Shown piece after piece: positions 1 through 14,389 of a stretch of 64,000 bases of DNA. Source of the stretch: Eledone cirrhosa (taxonomy: Eukaryota); assembly GCA_964016885.1 (NCBI GenBank), contig OZ024740.1, forward strand, positions 52,824,001-52,888,000, in the 5' to 3' direction. The notes beneath the pieces are model-generated. The model was not told the origin of the DNA and made no database searches. It saw nothing but the letters and a program-made list of their open reading frames with translations. Made by a program: the position numbers and the translations under genes. Position 1 is the first letter of the stretch, and every line of letters starts with the position of its first letter.

Positions 1-856
<856 letters not shown>

Positions 857-1363
857 TCAGATACAAAACTACTCTATGCTTCAGAAGAGATGTAGTCACA
901 GAATTAGAGAAGCGAAAAATAATTAGATTGATGCACTAATGAATATTAAAAGAAACTCTTCAGCGGGATCTTTTTGTAGAACCCGTGTAAAAGAATAAAA
1001 TATTCATAAATAAGCTGAAACAATTTGCCGAGACTGTATTTGAAGGACATGGAAAATATTGCTGTCAGGAACAAACAGATCCAACTGTGAGAAGCTGGCC
1101 AAACCCAAAAGATAATAGTTCTGATTAATGCTTTTCTAAGCAAAAAAAATTAGTCTCTGAATTTCTGGAGGTTAAAAACAGCAGTGAAGCCAAACTGATT
1201 TGTTCTAAAGAATTTGATTGAAAACATTCGTAAAACAGTACGTTGGGCTATGTGCAAAAGAAAGTATAATGGAGTGCTTCACCAGTTTGTATTAAGGAGT
1301 ATACAAGAAGTATTGCCTTAAGAAATACATTTCTTGAAACAGGAACCAAATCGCAGTAGCGAA

Positions 1364-1552
1364 ATAATTGTTTCTACTTTTAGCACAAGGCCAGCAATTA
1401 CCCAGTACATTACTGGTACTTTATTTTATCGACCCCGTAAGGATGAAAGGCAAAGTTAACCTCGGCGGGATTTGAACTCAGAATGGCAAGGGCAGTAACT
1501 CTATGCGTCAAAGCATGGCGTCCAACTCTCTACCGATACTGCCAATTCACCG
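1364..1552 (-). mobile_element. tRNA-derived SINE (family S1)
   Basis: Minus strand has A-box-like TGGCAGTATCGG, B-box GAGTTCAAATCCC and the body GCCTTTCATCCTTACGGGGTCGATAAAATAAAGTACCAG. More than 12 copies in the window. Confidence 0.9.
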
Positions 1553-1865
1553 AAATAATGATACAAAGGAAGTATTACATTTGCGAATTGAAAGCGAACA
1601 GTTAAGATTAGGAAAAGCAAAGAAGATAAAGAGATTATCGACTGCAAACTTTTTGTCTTTTAATCAATGTTGTTGTAATTATTCAGTTCTACAAAGTTTG
1701 CATCGAGGAGTGTCAACTGTATAAATACTATTACAATTTATTAGAGCATCACACTAATTAATAAACCTGTAGTTATACTTTGTTATTTGGTGACACCATC
1801 TAAACTAAGGATTATAATGATAGTCTACGAATAGAGAATTGTGTGTAATATATATATATATATAT

Positions 1866-3250
1866 CAACCAGCGTCTTGCTATACATAAACGTAACAGAA
1901 GGAAGCCGAGTGCACCCGAGCATAAAGCGAAAGAGACACATAACGGGCTACAGCACAATAACATGCATAAGAACGGTCACCCTGATAGCACAACCCTTAG
2001 CAAACATACAAATACACGGAATCGCCACCGTAACGTCCTATGGTTCCATCCTCCCTACTCTCGGAGTGTGGCCTCTGACATACCCCGGATATTCTTCGAA
2101 GCCTTAGAGAAGAACTTCCCACCCAACCATAAATCTTAATAGGAACAATATAAAAATATCCTTCTCTACTACTCCTAACCTAGCAGACATCATAGGAACA
2201 ACTAATCACAGTAACATCACCAAAACACAGCACATTAGCACCGATAACCTAGACCTGACAACAACCATATCGGCCTTAACGACTCCCTAGCAGCACCCAA
2301 TAGTGCTGGCAACAGCCACAACAGACGCAACCAACATAACCGCGACATGACTGGGGAATATGCAGGTGACCCGTACGGGTCACCCGACGACAACAGAAGG
2401 CGCTGCAGCGTGCGGAGTGATAATGGTACTACTCCGCATGCAGTGGGTTATAATGGTACTAACGACAGGTATAGAGGCGTAGGTAACAACATAGATAGCA
2501 ATAATAATAGCCTTACCTTGGGAACTAGAGGGGACTACGACCGAAATTGCAACTGTCGTGACAGGGGACGTTGCCCCCTTAGAGGAAATTACCTGACTGA
2601 TAAGGTTATTTATAGGTGCACCGTAACTAGCCATAATAGCGTTAAGCATTATATAGGGACTCCCTCTGGCCCGTTCAAAAATAGATTTCGAACACATCTC
2701 CACTCTTTCGCAAACAAGAAACTAAGACACTCCACTTCGCTCGCGAATTACATCACAGCATTAAAAGACTCAAACATCAGCTTCTCCACGCACTGGGAAA
2801 TTGTCGGCAGGGCAGCACCGTACAATTTCAAGAGGAAGTGCGAGCATTGCCTCATGGAGCTTTACCATATCATAACGGCACCCTACGAACTCATCAACAG
2901 CAGAGCAGAAACAGTGATAAGCTGCACGCACCGCTTAAAAATCTCTTACTCCAGATGGAATAAGAATGAGGCATGAAAACCGTAAACCGGGTCACTCTGC
3001 ACCAAACCTTAACACCCCGGCGGGCAGGCGCTGCAAAAACATCTGTAAACTAACCATGCATCCCAGACCCGACGTGAATCTACCCCGGCGGGCAGGCGCT
3101 GAAAACAAACATCTGGAAACTAACCTTGCATCCCTGACCCTGCGTGAATCGACAATGGTAAAGCAGTAACCACAAAATACTAACGGGTAACAAATAGCCT
3201 GGAGAACACTGCTCTAACACCGGTAGGAGTTATCTCCCTTGATCTACTGC
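1866..3250 (+). mobile_element. 5'-truncated Penelope-like retroelement, Naiad type (RT-EN linker, GIY-YIG, 3' UTR), flanked by (TA)n
   Basis: Frameshifted linker peptides LWFHPPYSRSV (~2038), NFPPNHK and LNRNNIKISFSTTPNLADII (~2113-2194), followed by the GIY-YIG ORF. TA repeats on both sides. Confidence 0.85.
2347..2976 (+). pseudogene. GIY-YIG endonuclease domain of a Naiad-like PLE (C-terminal part of a disrupted RT-EN ORF)
   Basis: CNC..CPLRG..VIY..HYIG..FKNRFRTH..SF..STSL..WEI..CEHCLME..LINSRAE..CTHR matches the Cys-rich Naiad GIY-YIG pattern. Confidence 0.85.
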
Positions 3251-3306
3251 AATATAAATACATATATATATATATACATATATCCCAACAATTTAAATAG
3301 AACTTT

Positions 3307-3366
<60 letters not shown>

Positions 3367-3493
3367 AAAGTTCTATTTAAATTGTTGGGATACAACAAGC
3401 AAATATTTTTATAACTGATATAAAGCACTCGACAAGTATTTGGAGTAAATATACGATATTAAGAAATGGAAACTATATTTATAAAACCATATC

Positions 3494-3558
3494 TATTTTA
3501 TTATACATATTTCAAGGATACCGTGTTAAATTATGGTATGCTTTCATCAGACAAAATA
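3494..3558 (-). ncRNA. Type I hammerhead ribozyme (family A)
   Basis: Reverse complement of 4876-4940. Confidence 0.8.
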
Positions 3559-4875
3559 CAATATATACCAGTTTTATAAATAAATATTGACATACACTTT
3601 CAAAATGCAACCGTTACTTTTGGAAGACATCGGGATAGTGGATTTGTTTACTTATATTAGTAAGTCGTTGTGTTACAGAGAAGGAAAAAGACGGAGAGAG
3701 AGAAAAGCGGAGAGGGAGAAAAGGGAGAAAGAAAGAAAGAAAGAAAGAAAAAAGAAAAAAGAAAAAAAGAGAGAAAAACGAGAGAGAGATATCAAAACAC
3801 CAGACAGAGAGAAAAAAAATCGAAAATTATATTGATATAATTATATTTCCAAAATATAATCCTTTTGTATTTTATGTACTCAATTATAATATGTACTATA
3901 TTGATGTATACTTATCTCTATACGTGTTTGTATCTATATGTGTATATTAGCATACATATACATGTGTTATATGCATTTTTATGAATATATGTCTGTATGT
4001 ATTTATACATGCGTGACGAGTGTCTACTGATTGGTTGAGGATGCACACACATGTATATATATGTATATGTAAGAATTGTGTGTGAACATGTACATGTATA
4101 CCCATACAATTTGATTGCAGATAGACATAATTAACAGCCATAAATGCATGACAGCTAATCTTATATATTTATATATATATATTAAACATTTTTATTTAAT
4201 AACACAAAGGATGTATAACATTAAATTAAAAAAAAAAAAAAAAAAAATCATTTATGCTTTGTATGTATATATTATATGCGGAGGTAGATATGATGTGTAT
4301 TTTGTGAGTGTGTGTATATATATATATTTATGTGTATTTTGCGTGTGTGTACGTGTTATATGATATGTAGTTTCTCTAGCAATATATAGATTTCTTAATG
4401 TTTAAATTCCAATTTTTAATATATTGATCTCAATTTTTAAACTAAATATCTAATCATAGTTAAACAATGATTAATTTCTCATATTATATATGTATATTCC
4501 ATTCATGAATATTAATATTTCTAATTTTATTTATTCATTTCATCTCAATTGTTGACTTAACTTAATATGACATGACTTAAGGTTTTCGTTCTCTCCACCT
4601 CTCTCTATCTCTATATTTCTCTCTCTCGATTTTTTCTCTCTGTCTGGTGTTTTGATATCTCTCTCACGTTTTTCTCTATTATTTTCTTTTTTTCTTTCTT
4701 TCTTTCTCCCTTTTTTTCCCTCTCCGCTTTTCTCTCTCTCCGTCTTTTTCCTTCTCTGTAACACAACGACTTACTAATATAAGTAAACAAATCCACTATC
4801 CCGATGTCTTCCAAAAGTAACGGTTGCATTTTGAAAGGGTATGTCAATATTTATTTATAAAACTGGTATATATTG

Positions 4876-4940
4876 TATTTTGTCTGATGAAAGCATACCA
4901 TAATTTAACACGGTATCCTTGAAATATGTATAATAAAATA
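4876..4940 (+). ncRNA. Type I hammerhead ribozyme (family A)
   Basis: TATTTTGT-CTGATGA-AAGCATACC..GGTATCCTT-GAAA-TATGTA-TA-ATAAAATA: 8-bp stem I (one G-U), stem II and minimal stem III. Confidence 0.82.
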
Positions 4941-4979
4941 GATATGGTTTTATAAATATAGTTTCCATTTCTTAATATC

Positions 4980-5040
<61 letters not shown>

Positions 5041-5067
5041 AAGAGATAGATAGATAGATAGAGAGGC

Positions 5068-5098
<31 letters not shown>

Positions 5099-6092
5099 TA
5101 GAGAGATAGATAGAGAGGCAGATAGAGAGAGAGAAAGAGAGAGGGAAAGAGAGAGGTAGATAGACACGTAGATAGATAGAGATAGATAGATTGCAAGTGC
5201 GAGTTAAAATCAAGTTAATTAGAGAGTGGAAGCGAAACAGCTGTTCTGTTTTAGAACACTCTTCTTCAACTACTCGACTCTTACTTCATTATAACTTTCG
5301 ATCTTTTCCATTCCCTTTCATGAAACCATATTTTTAACCTCATGGATTGTACAGAGTTTGGAGGTTTGGTTCATGGGTTATCTTGGGATTGAACTGAGAT
5401 CTTTGTGATAAATTTTGTGAATATCCATTGAAAATTCATTGTAATGGAATGGAGAAAGAATAATTGTGGGCAAATCAGTGGATAAAAGTGCAGAGTAAAC
5501 AAATTGCGGATAATCATGAATGAAATGGCTCGATATAAAATGTACCAATCAAGAATCGATATAGTTATCAATACTTTTCTAAATTTGAAGCCTGGTACCC
5601 ATGCTTTCAAAACAACGTTGTCATATTATAACTTATTGATTAAGTGATATATTTACCTGCTCAGTGTGAGAGTGATGTTATTCTCATCATTCACTTTATG
5701 TTCGAATGCGATGAGACATGTAATGTATCTTCTAGTTGATCTACTATGTAATTATGACGTTATGTTTATGTAGTTTTATAATGATATTCTCATCTTTATC
5801 TACAGTATAATTATAACGTTAATTCTAAGAAGAACAATATGTGTAAGTGTAATTGTAATTATACTCACACATATAATTACAATTAATCATAAATAGGCAT
5901 CATATACATGCCAAGAACTTGTAATTATGGCACGGTTGTAATTGTGTAATTGAAACTAGAACGTCATATTTAAGATGTGTAATTATGATGAAATATTTAT
6001 GATATGTAATTATGACATCAAATTTATGATGGCTTCCTATCGATATTTACTGTGAGTTTATGAAATTATTGATGAATGTTATTATTATTTAC

Positions 6093-6550
6093 GGTAATAG
6101 GGTGGTAGGCAGTATCAGTAGAGCGTCGGACACTCCGCTTCGCTGCACATAGTTGCGGCCCTTTACATTCTCAGCTCAAATCCCGCCGAAGCTCGCTTTA
6201 CCTTTCATCCTTACGGGGTCGATAAAATAAAGTACCAGTCACGCACTGGGGTAGATTTAATCGACTTTCCCTTCCCCCACAATTGTTGGCCTTATGCCTA
6301 GCTCAGAACTCATTACTTACGGTGATAGGCTGGTAGGTTGGCGGTATCGGTAGAGCGTCGGTTAAAATACTATGCTGTAATTACGACGGCCCTTTACGTT
6401 CTGAGTTCAAATCCCGCCGAGGTTAGCTTTGCTTTTCATCCTTACGGGGGTCGATAAAATAAAGTACCAGCAATGTACTGGGGTCAAATTAATTGATTTT
6501 CTCCTTCCCACAAAAAGCTGGCCTTGTGCATAAAGTAGATAGAAATCGTT
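6093..6550 (+). mobile_element. Two tandem S1 SINEs
   Basis: A/B boxes and the CCTTTCATCCTTACGGGGTCGATAAAAT body occur twice (~6093-6310, ~6320-6550). Confidence 0.85.
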
Positions 6551-8469
6551 TTTATCTATAGTGATATGATGATATTCCTAATCTTTCCTATCCGAACGTT
6601 ACTGTAATTGTTCAAAACATCACTTACGATTTTAGAGGTGACGATATGTTACTTCAGCTATCACTGGGATTATTTGTCCACTTGAGTGTCATTTTTTTTT
6701 TTTTTTATTGATATGTGAAATATTCAGCTCACAGAAGTATTTGCCATGATGCTTATTTTTGCTGCTACCGTGCTCAAGATATATTTAATTTCATGGGAGC
6801 ATAATGCTATTGCAGTGTTGATGGATTGTCATCAGTATCAAGAAGGATATACCAAGAAACCTTTACTTAGTTGTTCGACCTGCTAAAAATAGCAGCCAAA
6901 CATCCCTCAAATCACACCCTTCACTAATCTATATTACATTTATAAAGAGACACTGAAAACTGAAGACTGCTGGATATAAAATTTAGGCTATCTATCTCAT
7001 TCTATAGTACTATAAGTACTCTCTGCCAATTTTTATTGTTTAAACAAGTTCATATCATAATTATGTGTTTCCAGTACTTAGAGAGACAGTTTTGTAGGAC
7101 TGAATTAGAGGCTTTCTTGTAACGAATTTAAGTTCATATTCTTTTGAATTTTAACGTGATTATTCTTGAAAAGGTTTACATCTCGTGGAACCATCTTGTT
7201 GATAAGAAGATGGTTCGAACGGACTTGACAAGATTATATTTAAATATTCTATCTTCAGATTGAACAATATTTGAGAGAGTAGTTTATAAATTAATCGTAG
7301 ACAAGTCATTTGTTGGTATTTCCACTAAGAAACCACCAAAGCACTTATTCTAGGCCATTAAATGAACGGAAATGTCAGCTGGTTTTGAATAACTTTCAAT
7401 AATAACTTTCAATATTTTCGTATGATATCAGAATGGTGCATTGATAGAAACAGAAACAAAATACCGTATTTAGATATTGCTCTTTATTGTTTCAAATCTC
7501 GCCATAGTTAACTACTTTGCCTTTCAGAATTCAATAAAATAAAATACTAGCTAAATACGAGTGTCAATTTAATCGGCTTTACACCCTGCTCCAGATTTGT
7601 AACCTTGTGTTTATGTTAGAAATCGATATTTTTTAATAACATAAATCATTATTATTTTGTAAAATAAAATAGTTAGAAAGAAGAAGAACAGCACCCACTA
7701 CTTTTTCCAGGTTTTCTGAGACTGATGGAAGAAATGGAGCCAGTTATAAACAGAACTGAGATAAAATTCGAATGCCCGAGAAAGAGTAAATTCCATTTAA
7801 GGCAAAAACAGACAAAAAAAAACAAAAAAAAAACAAAACAAAACGTTACAAGAAATTGAAAATATAATTAAAGGGTGAGAGAAGGAGTTGAATTTTGATT
7901 TCCTTTTTTTGTGTGGGTGTGGGTGATGGTTAGGCAGTTGAAAATGTTTATTCGGCTTCTTAGACTAAGTTTTCTTCGTAAAAAACACTGTTGTAGTGGT
8001 CCACTCTGATCATGGCTATAACTATAACAACAGTGGTTTAAGTAACGAAAGCTAGATTCTCGTATTGATATTTTCGCATCTTTTGTAGAACATGCCGTAA
8101 AGTAGATTGTATGCACATGATAACCCAAGGGTGAGATGCAGTTTCAATTTCTGGTTGAGAATATGTAATTCCACATACGCCATTGTGGCTTGTTGTTTGT
8201 GCGATACAAATCGTATATATTATATTGTTGTAGTTATTTTGATCCAATTTTGCCTTTATCGAGCAAACTTATGATCAATGGCATTCTATAACTATTTCGT
8301 GCTTTTCAAGGACGACATTATTCAATGTATGCTTCCGTATTTTAGACAGTAGTGTTTAAATTTAGTAAGAATTGTCAGCTATTACTACCAGGTCATGCGA
8401 TAACACAGACGACTTGTTAGTTTGTATTATTATTACTGTTTAGTCTCAGGTTAACTCTTTTCCAAATAC

Positions 8470-8640
8470 TGCACATTTGTTGGCAGGTCAGGCTCCCTAG
8501 ATAAGGTACCAATTACACGGTGTTGTCCAGCATCCACACTCTCCTATGTGCATCCCACTGCACTAGTCTGGTCAGACTGTTAGAATGGAGGACAAACGAT
8601 TTTTGAAACATTTTTTCTAGAGTGAAATGTCAGGGGAAAA
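8470..8640 (+). pseudogene. RTE-clade LINE remnant (post-RT region)
   Basis: Degenerate peptides LHICWQ..DKVP..VRMEDKRFLKHFF*SEMSG resemble the RTE W.D...W.GHV.RM...R.PK...Y.E motif. Confidence 0.55.
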
Positions 8641-10249
8641 TGTTCTGAGACAATGTTGAGCAGAAGGAATTGAGAATGTCACCGGTAAATTATCAAAAAG
8701 AAAAAAAAAAAGACTTGTCAGTCACTTCCGAACAAATCCATATGGACAAATGAACGGACTCTGGTTCAGCAATCTATGATGAAAGGCATTCAAATCATGA
8801 GCATCCTGTATTTTTTCAGGTGAGAAGTATCTGAGTCCTCATTATCTAATGTGTTCTTTTCTTTTTCAGACGGTAGGATGTGATTTTATGAAAGTTTTGG
8901 CTGCTATTTCCAGCAAGTCGATCGACTCCATAGAAGAGTCTTGGTGTCAATTCATGTTAGTTCCTGCAAGTGATTATGGTGTTGGTTTGTTATGTTATAT
9001 ATATTGTGAATGTGTGTGAGTAGAGTCTAAAAAGAATGACTAAACTGACAGTAGTTCGAATCCCCAAGGCTTGCCGAAAAAATATATTTTTATACGTAAA
9101 ATAAATGGATCCTCGTCGGTTTCGACGTTGACCATTTGTTTGGTAGAACTGAACTGTTTATCCAAGGCTCTTTGAATTATAGGTACAGACTATGAGACGT
9201 ATTCCGACAGTTATCGACTTACCAATTTCCCCAATAAAGCTTTATCAAAAGACACTTACTGAAGACATCACACAGTGGGATCGAATCTGAGACATTATGT
9301 TTCAAAGCGAACATCTTAACAAATCAGACATACCTACACACTTTTATGAATGCACGAGGGCATAAACACATCGCTGAATTTTTATAGGGTTTAACACACA
9401 CTTTTATGAACACATTCATGAATGTAAATTGAAATATATATCTTTTTCATTTTCTCTCTATCTTCCAAGTCTGTATCTTCCAAGTCTTTCTTCTCCTTTA
9501 TCTCTCTTTAAACATGCATGCAAACAAATGTCTTAAAACACGCATACATACAAATATACTAAGGGAGCATTCCGTTGTATATATCCATAATTACACACAA
9601 ACGAATAAAAATACACATACATATACGAAGCCATCATTTTTCTCTCATATTTCATTTACTTTTCTTTACATTTTCTTCCATTTTAATTATTTTCCCTCTT
9701 TCACATAGACATACATACAAATAATACATTCATGTACACATACATGCACGCTTCTACACCTCCCCCACAAATGTACACACACATGTACACAAAAACATAA
9801 TCGCATTCTATCCATTATAGTATCATAACGTGTGTAGAGAGGAAACTGTGTATTCGTTACTTTAATTGTTGTTACCGCGTAAATTGTATTTCGGAATAGT
9901 TGTTACAATTTTATTTTACACGAGACTGCAAGCAACATTTGAGACAATTGCATACATGATGTAAGCTGCAAAACCCCGTCTGTTTGGCGCATATACTGAT
10001 GTAATATGGCTCCCAAATATTCTAGTAGGCATTCATTGAGAGTGTACAGTTGCGGGTATTTAAAGCAGGGTATATTTAATAGTAAAAATCTGATTCAATT
10101 TGAACACATACATACACATATGCGCGCACACACAGACGTATGCGCGCACACACTCATATGTGTGCAAACACACGTATGCACACACACACATATAAAGTTC
10201 ATCTCGGTACCACTTAAACTAAGAGCATTCTATCAGACGTTCTAACGTT

Positions 10250-10292
<43 letters not shown>

Positions 10293-10351
10293 TACATATA
10301 TACATATATATATATTCGTGCATACACACACACACAGGCACACACACGCGA

Positions 10352-10390
<39 letters not shown>

Positions 10391-11848
10391 CATATACACT
10401 TTATCCGCATACTTGCTTGCTTTTGCTGCTTTGGTGTCCCCGGATACGCAACGTTTATGTCTCAATCCCACCCCTCCCTTGACTAGTCGAAAGCTCACCC
10501 CTGTTCTTTCCCTCATTCGATACAGACTGCAAAATATTTTACTAGTTTTACAGAATTAATTTCAATCGTTTCATTGATTTGCAAGAAATCTGGTCACAAA
10601 CAAAAGAAGAAAATACTTCTAAGTATGAATTTGCAGGTTTGTACGATTGTAGTGTATGTTTGTGGTGTACACATGCGGTGTAAGTCTGTGGTACTTTGTG
10701 TATCTAACCAACGAACTGGTTGAAATAAGATACACACCGTTGCTCCGTCTCAACCCACAAATAACTTTCGTAGTTGGCTAAAAGTAAAACAAGTTGATGT
10801 TATGTTCTGAGGTTGAGTTTGATTTTTTTTATTGCTCTAAATCTTTATGAAGACGTTTATATGTATACCTACAAGCACATATATACCAACAGACATATAT
10901 GCATTTATACATATGTTTATATATACACATAAACGCATACACTAACTTTAAGTAACTCATATAAATTACATGTATAAGTATATACTTAACCCTAACCCAT
11001 GAAATATTTAATGAACTGTTTGAAATGGGGCATATAATTCATATCTGGCTTGAGCCATTATCAACACTAGTGGTTTGCATTTTAATTCAGACGAGGGCAT
11101 ACCACCAACCTTGCACGCTCCTGTATATAATGGCAAGAGTTCCAACCTAAACAATCCTGTTTATTTGTATATCTAGTACATTGTGTCCTTCCTTTTAAAA
11201 AGTTAGCGCGTTGTTTGAAGTAATTATGATATTATTTCTATCAGGTCGAATAACTACGCAGAGGTTTCCTCGTTAGTTTAACTTGTTGAACCTGTAACAG
11301 TGGAGACTCCCGGCGTTCTTGGTCTCCCGTTTACCGCTCTACTCACTACTATCGGGACGGAGTTGTCCCCCACCCCACAGTTATAAGTTACGCCAACGTG
11401 TCTCACTCGCCATCCTTTGTGGCAACATTTTTTCCATTCTGTTCGCTGGGACCACGTGATGGTCTGCGCATAGGCTCCCACACACCAGAGAATGCTCCTC
11501 CACACCATCGGGGCCGCATCATTTGGGTAAAATATTTCTTTCACAACCTTTGACTAACCATTTGATTTGTAATGGTGGATATATACTTTTTATTAGGTTG
11601 GATAAAACGGGGGGCAATTTTTCCAGTCATTTTAAAGAGTTGTAATTTGTCTATTTCGAGATATTGCACATCTGTCAAGTTGTTTTTAATGTTGTTGAAA
11701 AATTCAAAATTAATTTCCTAAATTAATTCCGAAGATTTCATTAAAAGCCTTTAAGGAAAAAAAAAAAATAATATAAACATTTATTCCAATATTCTGTTTT
11801 TGATAAATAGGAAACACCAAAAATACACACTGTTATATACGTTATACG

Positions 11849-11887
<39 letters not shown>

Positions 11888-11982
11888 CGCATACGCATAC
11901 ACAATTGCGTATACTAGCGGAAACACCACTCCCCGGGCGAGATTCTAACGGTACATAATATATCTGAATGCGTATGAGTGTG

Positions 11983-12017
<35 letters not shown>

Positions 12018-12129
12018 GCATATATGTGTGCATATATGTGTGCATGGGTGTTTCTTATTCCGTATATATCAATGCATACAAATGTATGAAAAGGACGACT
12101 AAATATTTGGCTTGCGAATGTTCCCAACC

Positions 12130-12298
12130 CGTAAGGGATGCCATGCTTTGCAACATAGAGTTATGGCCCTTTATGGTCTGAGTTCAAATCCCGCCGAGGT
12201 TACCTTTGCCTTTCATCCTTACGGTGTCGATAAAATAAGGTACCAGTTACGCACTTTGATAATTGCTGGACTTGTGCCAAAAGTAGAAACAATTATTA
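12130..12298 (+). mobile_element. S1 SINE
   Basis: B-box and S1 body. Confidence 0.85.
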
Positions 12299-12354
12299 AT
12301 GTAGACGCGCACGCGCACATACACACGCACGCACGCACGCACACGCACACACAC

Positions 12355-12400
<46 letters not shown>

Positions 12401-12414
12401 GTATATGTGAAAGT

Positions 12415-12690
12415 GCCTTGCTTTGTGATTAGGGTATTCGGCTCACAATCGTATGGTGGTGAGTTCGATTCCCGGCGGCGTGTTGGGTTCTTGATCAAGA
12501 CACTTTATTTCACTTTGCCCCAATTCACTCAGTACAACGCATAAATGAGTACTACCTGTAATTCGAAGATCAGCCATGTCATATTCTGAGTCATGCTGAA
12601 TCTCCCTGAGAACTACGTTAAGGGTACGCGTGTCTCTTTTTGATCGGATCAACTGGAACACTCATCGTCCTAACCGAAGGGGTGTCAGTT
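12415..12690 (+). mobile_element. CORE-type tRNA SINE (family S2)
   Basis: B-box GAGTTCGATTCCC followed by CORE-like CTTGATCAAGACACTTTATTTCAC. Confidence 0.75.
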
Positions 12691-12705
12691 ATATATATAT
12701 ATATA

Positions 12706-12898
12706 TTTTAACATAGAAAAGCTTCTACGGGACTAGAACTGTTTCATTCTTGAGAAATCATCAGGAAGCACTGATGATTTCTCACGAATGACACAGTTCT
12801 AGTCCTGTAGAAACTTTTCTATATTAAAACATTTATACTCTGCTATGTATTGAGTACCTTACTTACCGTGGTTACCCCGATTGAACCCGGAATAACTT
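12706..12898. mobile_element. Family B hammerhead fold-back element
   Basis: Arms invert around GAAGCA (12765-70). The minus arm reads CTGATGA-TTTCTCAAGAAT-GAAA-CAGTTCTAGTC. TA-flanked. Confidence 0.8.
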
Positions 12899-12910
12899 AT
12901 ATATATATAT

Positions 12911-12985
<75 letters not shown>

Positions 12986-12988
<3 letters not shown>

Positions 12989-13230
12989 ATTGATGAGCAG
13001 AACAAACAAACATTAAACAATCCTTTAAATAAATTAAAAAATAATTTAAATATCTACCTGTTCATAATGCTATTACCGGCGATTTCCATCCACAAAAGAT
13101 TGAAAATTCAGAGAATTTCCAACGGAAAGTAGATTTCTTCAGATAGGTATTTCCATTCTATAGGACATTTGTCCCACGGTCAGCAAATATAATGTTAACT
13201 ACCAGCTCGTATGGGCTATAGCCGTTAAAT
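12986..13230 (-). mobile_element. Family G hammerhead element fragment (CTGAAGA core)
   Basis: Homologous to 33295-33530. Confidence 0.75.
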
Positions 13231-13233
13231 ATA

Positions 13234-13431
13234 TAACGAAGGACATGTGGTAAGGAACCGGGTGGACCATAACGCAGCAAAGTACTCAATACTTAGGGTA
13301 GTAGAGTGGGTAATAGGAACGAGTAGGACCCTGACGGCTGAGCTCAAGCCGTTTCGACGACTAATTCAGAAGACTAGTCCAGAATTAGCCGTCGAAACGG
13401 CTTGAGCTCAGCCGTCGGGGTCCTACTCGTT

Positions 13432-13433
<2 letters not shown>
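13234..13433. mobile_element. Family C fold-back element with the 3' half of a hammerhead
   Basis: GTC-GAAA-CGGCT-TGAGCTC-AGCCG-TC-GGGGTC gives stem III plus a GUC triplet. Inversion centre ~13370. Confidence 0.75.
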
Positions 13434-13479
<46 letters not shown>

Positions 13480-13484
<5 letters not shown>

Positions 13485-13655
13485 GTTTCTACTTTAGAAA
13501 CAAGGCCAGCAATTACCCAGTGCATTACTGGTACTTTATTTTATCGACCCCGTAAGGATGAAAGGCAAAGTCAACCTCGGCGGGATTTGAACTCAGATCA
13601 TAAAGGGAGGTAACTCTATGTTTCAAAGCATGGCGTCCGACCCTCTACCGATACT
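13480..13655 (-). mobile_element. S1 SINE
   Basis: Reverse-complement B-box and body. Confidence 0.85.
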
Positions 13656-13779
13656 ATGTATATATATATATATATATATACTGTAGTAAAAGTTTGGTAG
13701 AAATATCCAAGGATAAGGGCACTCAGTCCGCAGGACGAATTTAGTATAAATAATTGTTGTAATTATATATATATATATA

Positions 13780-13908
13780 TAAAAACCACAGACCCTCCAT
13801 CTCAACTCTACTTTTGAAAAGCAGAAGAACTGCGAAACCGGTAAAGGAACCAAATAAATATATATATTTAAAAAAAAATAAGACTCGAGTTGCATTTTCG
13901 ATTTCATC
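13780..13908 (+). mobile_element. Family L element with variant hammerhead (13810-13847)
   Basis: ACTT-TTGAAAA-GCAG-AAGAA-CTGC-GAAA-CCGG-TA-AAG. Other copies at ~38219, 40949-41211 and ~42118. Confidence 0.7.
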
Positions 13909-13982
13909 TAGAATTGAACTCACAACCTTTCGATTGCAAGAGCCTACTGCTCTAACCACTAAGCCATATATATATATATGTA

Positions 13983-14050
<68 letters not shown>

Positions 14051-14065
14051 TATATATATATATAT

Positions 14066-14345
14066 ATGGCTTAGTGGTTAGAGCAGTAGGCTTGCAATCG
14101 AAAGGTTGTGAGTTCAATTCTCGGATCGGGTGATGTGTTGTTTCCTTGAGCAAGACACTTTATTTCACGTTGCTCCAGTTTACGCACCTGAAAAATGAGT
14201 GCTAACAATAGCTGGAGGTTTAACCCTGCGATGGACGGGCGTCCTCTCCAGGGGGGAGTATTGTACTCACAGTCGCTTCACGCCATGAAACCGGAATAAG
14301 CACCGTCCAAATGAGCCTTCAGGTTTAAGGCAGACTTTAGACTTA
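14066..14345 (+). mobile_element. CORE-type tRNA SINE, with an inverted copy of its head at 13908-13967
   Basis: A-box TGGCTTAGTGG, B-box GAGTTCAATTCTC, CORE-like TTGTTTCCTTGAGCAAGACACTTTA. Confidence 0.85.
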
Positions 14346-14352
14346 TATATAT

Positions 14353-14389
<37 letters not shown>

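Larger units (their letters stand above)
3362..4982. mobile_element. Family A hammerhead element, long fold-back (arms ~3454-3822 and ~4626-4982)
   Basis: The arms are near-perfect reverse complements. Both ends abut (TA)n. Confidence 0.85.

Noticed and set aside
860-1340. Coding-like segments here and at ~5340-5620, ~27960-28260 and ~62166-62348 as host exons
   Set aside because: Stop codons or no recognisable domain. They cannot be supported without RNA or homology data.
10986-10998. Telomere-like TTAACCCTAACCC
   Set aside because: Only two units, which is expected by chance.
14066-14140. Possible tRNA gene
   Set aside because: The tRNA-like head runs into a CORE SINE body and has no acceptor stem. 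The other A/B-box hits are likewise SINE heads.
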